From Mobula hypostoma (Eukaryota): a stretch of DNA of 64,000 nt. Positions 61,275 through 64,000 of the stretch are shown piece by piece. The translations under genes were made by a program, and so were the position numbers. Every line of letters begins with the position of its first letter. The stretch's first letter is position 1. Below the pieces are notes generated by a model, which saw only the letters and a list, made by a program, of their open reading frames with translations, did no database searches and had not been told where the DNA came from. The DNA lies in the NCBI RefSeq assembly GCF_963921235.1, contig NC_086097.1:51400001-51464000 (forward strand), read 5' to 3'.

Positions 61275-64000
61275 CCTGTACAAAAAGGACCGGTTGCACT
61301 TGAACCCCAGGGGGACCAATATCCTGGTGGGGAGGTTTGCTAAGGCTTTTGGGGAGAGTTTAAACTAGAATTGCTGTGGGGTGGGAACCGAACTGAAGTG
61401 ACGGAGGAAAGAGAGGTTGGCTCACAAATAGCGAAAGCTTGCAGACAGTGCAAAAGGAAGGATAGGCAGGTGATAGAGAAGGGACGAGCTCAGACTGATG
61501 GTTTGGGATGTGTCTTTTAGTGCGAGGAGTATTATGAACAAAGTGCATGAGCTTAGAGTGTGGATCAGCTATGATGTTGTGACCAGTACAGAGACTTGGT
61601 TGGTGCAGGGGTGGGAATGGCTACTTCAAGTGCCAGGCTTTAGATATTTTAGAAAGGACAGGGAGAGAGGCAAAAGAGGTGGGGGCGTGGCACTGTTGAT
61701 CAGGGATAGTGTCACGGCTGCAGAAAAGAAGGAAGTCATGGAGGGGTTGTCTACAGAGTCTCTGTGGGTGGAAGTTAGGAACAGGAAAGGGTCAATCACC
61801 CTACTGGGTGTTTTTTATAGACCACCCAGTAGTAACAGGGACATCGAGGAGCAGATAGGGAGACAGATTCTGCAAAGGTGTAATAATAACAGGGTTGTTG
61901 TGGTGGGAGATTTTAATTTCCCAAATATTGTTTGGCATCTCCCTAGAGTGAGGGGTTTAGATGTGGTGGAGTTTGTTAGGTGTGTTCAGGAAGGTTTCTT
62001 GACACAATATGCAGATAAGCCTACTTGATCTGGTATTGAGAAATGAACCTGGTCAGGGTGTCAGGTCTCTCAGTGGGAGAGCATTTTGGAGATAGTGATC
62101 ACAATTCTATCTCCTTTACCATAGCATTGGAGAGGGATAGGAACAGACAAGTTAGGGAAACGCTTAATTGGGGTAAGGGGAAATAAGAGGCTATTAGGCA
62201 GGAACTTGGAAGCATAAAGTGTAAACAGATGTTCTCAGGGAAACATACGGAAGAAATGTGGCAAATGTTCAGGGGATATTTGCGTGGGGTTCTGCATAGG
62301 TACGTTCCAATGAGACAGGGAAAGGATGGTAGAGTACAGGAACCGTGGTGTACAAAGGCTATTGCAAGTCTAGACAAGAAGAAAAGAAGAGCTTACGAAA
62401 GGTTAAAAAAACTAGGTAATGATAGAGATCTAGAAGATTATAAGGCTAGCAGGAAGGAGTTTAAGAATAAAATTAGAAGAGCCAGAAGGGGCCATGAGAA
62501 GGCCTTGGCGTGCAGGATTAAGGAAAACCCCAAGGCATTCTACAGATATGTGAAGAGCAAGAGGATAAGATATGAGAGAATAGGACCCATCAAGTGTGAC
62601 AGTGGAAAAGTCTGTATGGAACCGAAGGAGATAGCAGAGGTACTTAATGAAAACTTTGTTTCAGTATTCATTATGGAAAAGGATCTTGGCGATTGTGGGG
62701 ATGACTTGCAGCAGACTGAAAAGCTTAAGCATGTAGCTATTAAGGAAGAGGATGTGTTGGAGCTTTTAGAAAGCATTAAGTTGGATAAGTCACCAGGACC
62801 GGACAGGATGTACCCAAGGCTACTGTGGGAAGCAAGGGAGGAGAATGCTGAGCCTCTGGCGATGATCTTTGCATCATCAATGAGGACTGGAGAGGTTCCA
62901 GAGGATTGGAGGGTTGCGGATGTTGTTCCCTTATTCAAGAAAGGGAGTAGAGATAGCCCAGGAAATTATAGACCAGTGAGTCTTACATCAGTAGTTGATA
63001 AGTTGATGGAGAAGATCCTGAGAGGCAGGATTTACGAATATTTGGAAAGGCATAATATGATTAGGAATAGTCAGCATGGCTTTGTCAAAGGGAGGTCGTG
63101 CCTTATGAGTCTGATTGAATTTTTTGAGGATGTCACTAAACACATTGATGAAGGTAGACCCGTAGATGTAGTGTACATGGATTTCAGCAAGGAATTTGAT
63201 AAGGTATCCCATGCATGGCTTATTGAGAAAGTAAGGAGGCATGGGATCGAAGGGGACATTGCTTTGTGGATCCAGAACTGGCTTGCCTACAGAAGGTAAA
63301 GAGTGGTTGTAGATGGTCATAGTCTGCATGGAGGTCGGTGACCAGCGGTGTGCCTCAGGGATCTGTTCTGGGACCCCTACTCTTCATGATTTTTATAAAT
63401 GACCTGGATGAGGAAGTGGAGGAATGGGTTAGTAAATTTGCTGATGACACAAAGGTTGGGAGTGTTGTGGATAGTGTGGAGGGCTATCAGAGCTTACAGC
63501 GGGACATTGGTAGGATGTAAAACTGAGCTGAGAAGTGGCAGATGGAGTTCAACCCAGATAAGTGTGAGGTGGTTCATTTTGGTAGGTCAAATATGATGGC
63601 AGAATATAGCATTAATGGTAAGACTCTTGGCAGTATGGAGGATCAGATAGTTCTTGGGGTCCGAGTCCATAGAACACTCAAAGCTGCTACGCAGGTTAAC
63701 TCTGTGGTTAAGAAGGCATATGGTGCATTGGACTTCATCAACCATGGGATTGGGTTTAAGAGCCGAGAGGTAACGTTGCAGCTATATAGGAACCTGGTCA
63801 GACCCCACTTGGAGTACTGTGCTCAGTTCTGGTCCCCTCACTACAGGAAGGACGTGGAAACCATAGAAAGGGTGCAGAGGAGATTTACAAGGATGTTGCC
63901 TGGATTGGGGAGCATGCCTTATGAGAATCGGTTGAGTGAACTTGGCCTTTTCTCCTTGGAGCGACGGAGGATGAGAGGTGACCTGATAGAGGCATTCAAG
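61275..64000 (+). mobile_element. CR1 LINE (end of ORF1 plus ORF2 EN-RT), runs off the window end
   Basis: ETWL...RGGGVALLI...YRPP...VGDFNFP; 356-aa ORF with KSPGPD and [26 protein letters not shown]. Confidence 0.92.

Noticed and set aside
1..64000. CRISPR arrays, operons, prokaryotic defence or retron-like systems
   Set aside because: The sequence is a spliced vertebrate gene. All RT and nuclease ORFs belong to recognisable eukaryotic transposons, and I saw no repeat-spacer array.

Overview
This is eukaryotic (vertebrate) genomic DNA, not prokaryotic. The repeat landscape of CR1, Rex1/Babar, Penelope and fish-type L1 elements suggests a cartilaginous fish such as a ray, but that is inference only. 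The whole window lies inside one minus-strand host gene, a glycogen phosphorylase most similar to the liver form (PYGL). Nine coding exons with GT-AG boundaries were traced (equivalent to mammalian exons 8-16; 144, 93, 147, 164, 115, 102, 148, 59 and 142 bp), and they splice into one uninterrupted frame. Exons 1-7 and 17-20 lie outside the window. The introns are mostly transposable elements, often nested: a near full-length L1 (10-bp TSD), a near full-length CR1, many Rex1/Babar fragments, an internally deleted Gmr1-like Gypsy LTR element with a SCAN-like gag and tRNA-Pro PBS, Penelope-like elements with minimal hammerhead ribozyme motifs, Tc1 and hAT DNA transposons, a MITE and a young tRNA-derived SINE. 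I found no convincing wholly new multi-gene system. The best leads are the Penelope hammerhead cassettes, the frame-preserving Gmr1 deletion derivative, a hAT closely resembling primate Charlie3/MER1, and the divergent phosphorylase sequence. Family names come from recalled motifs and were not checked by database search.
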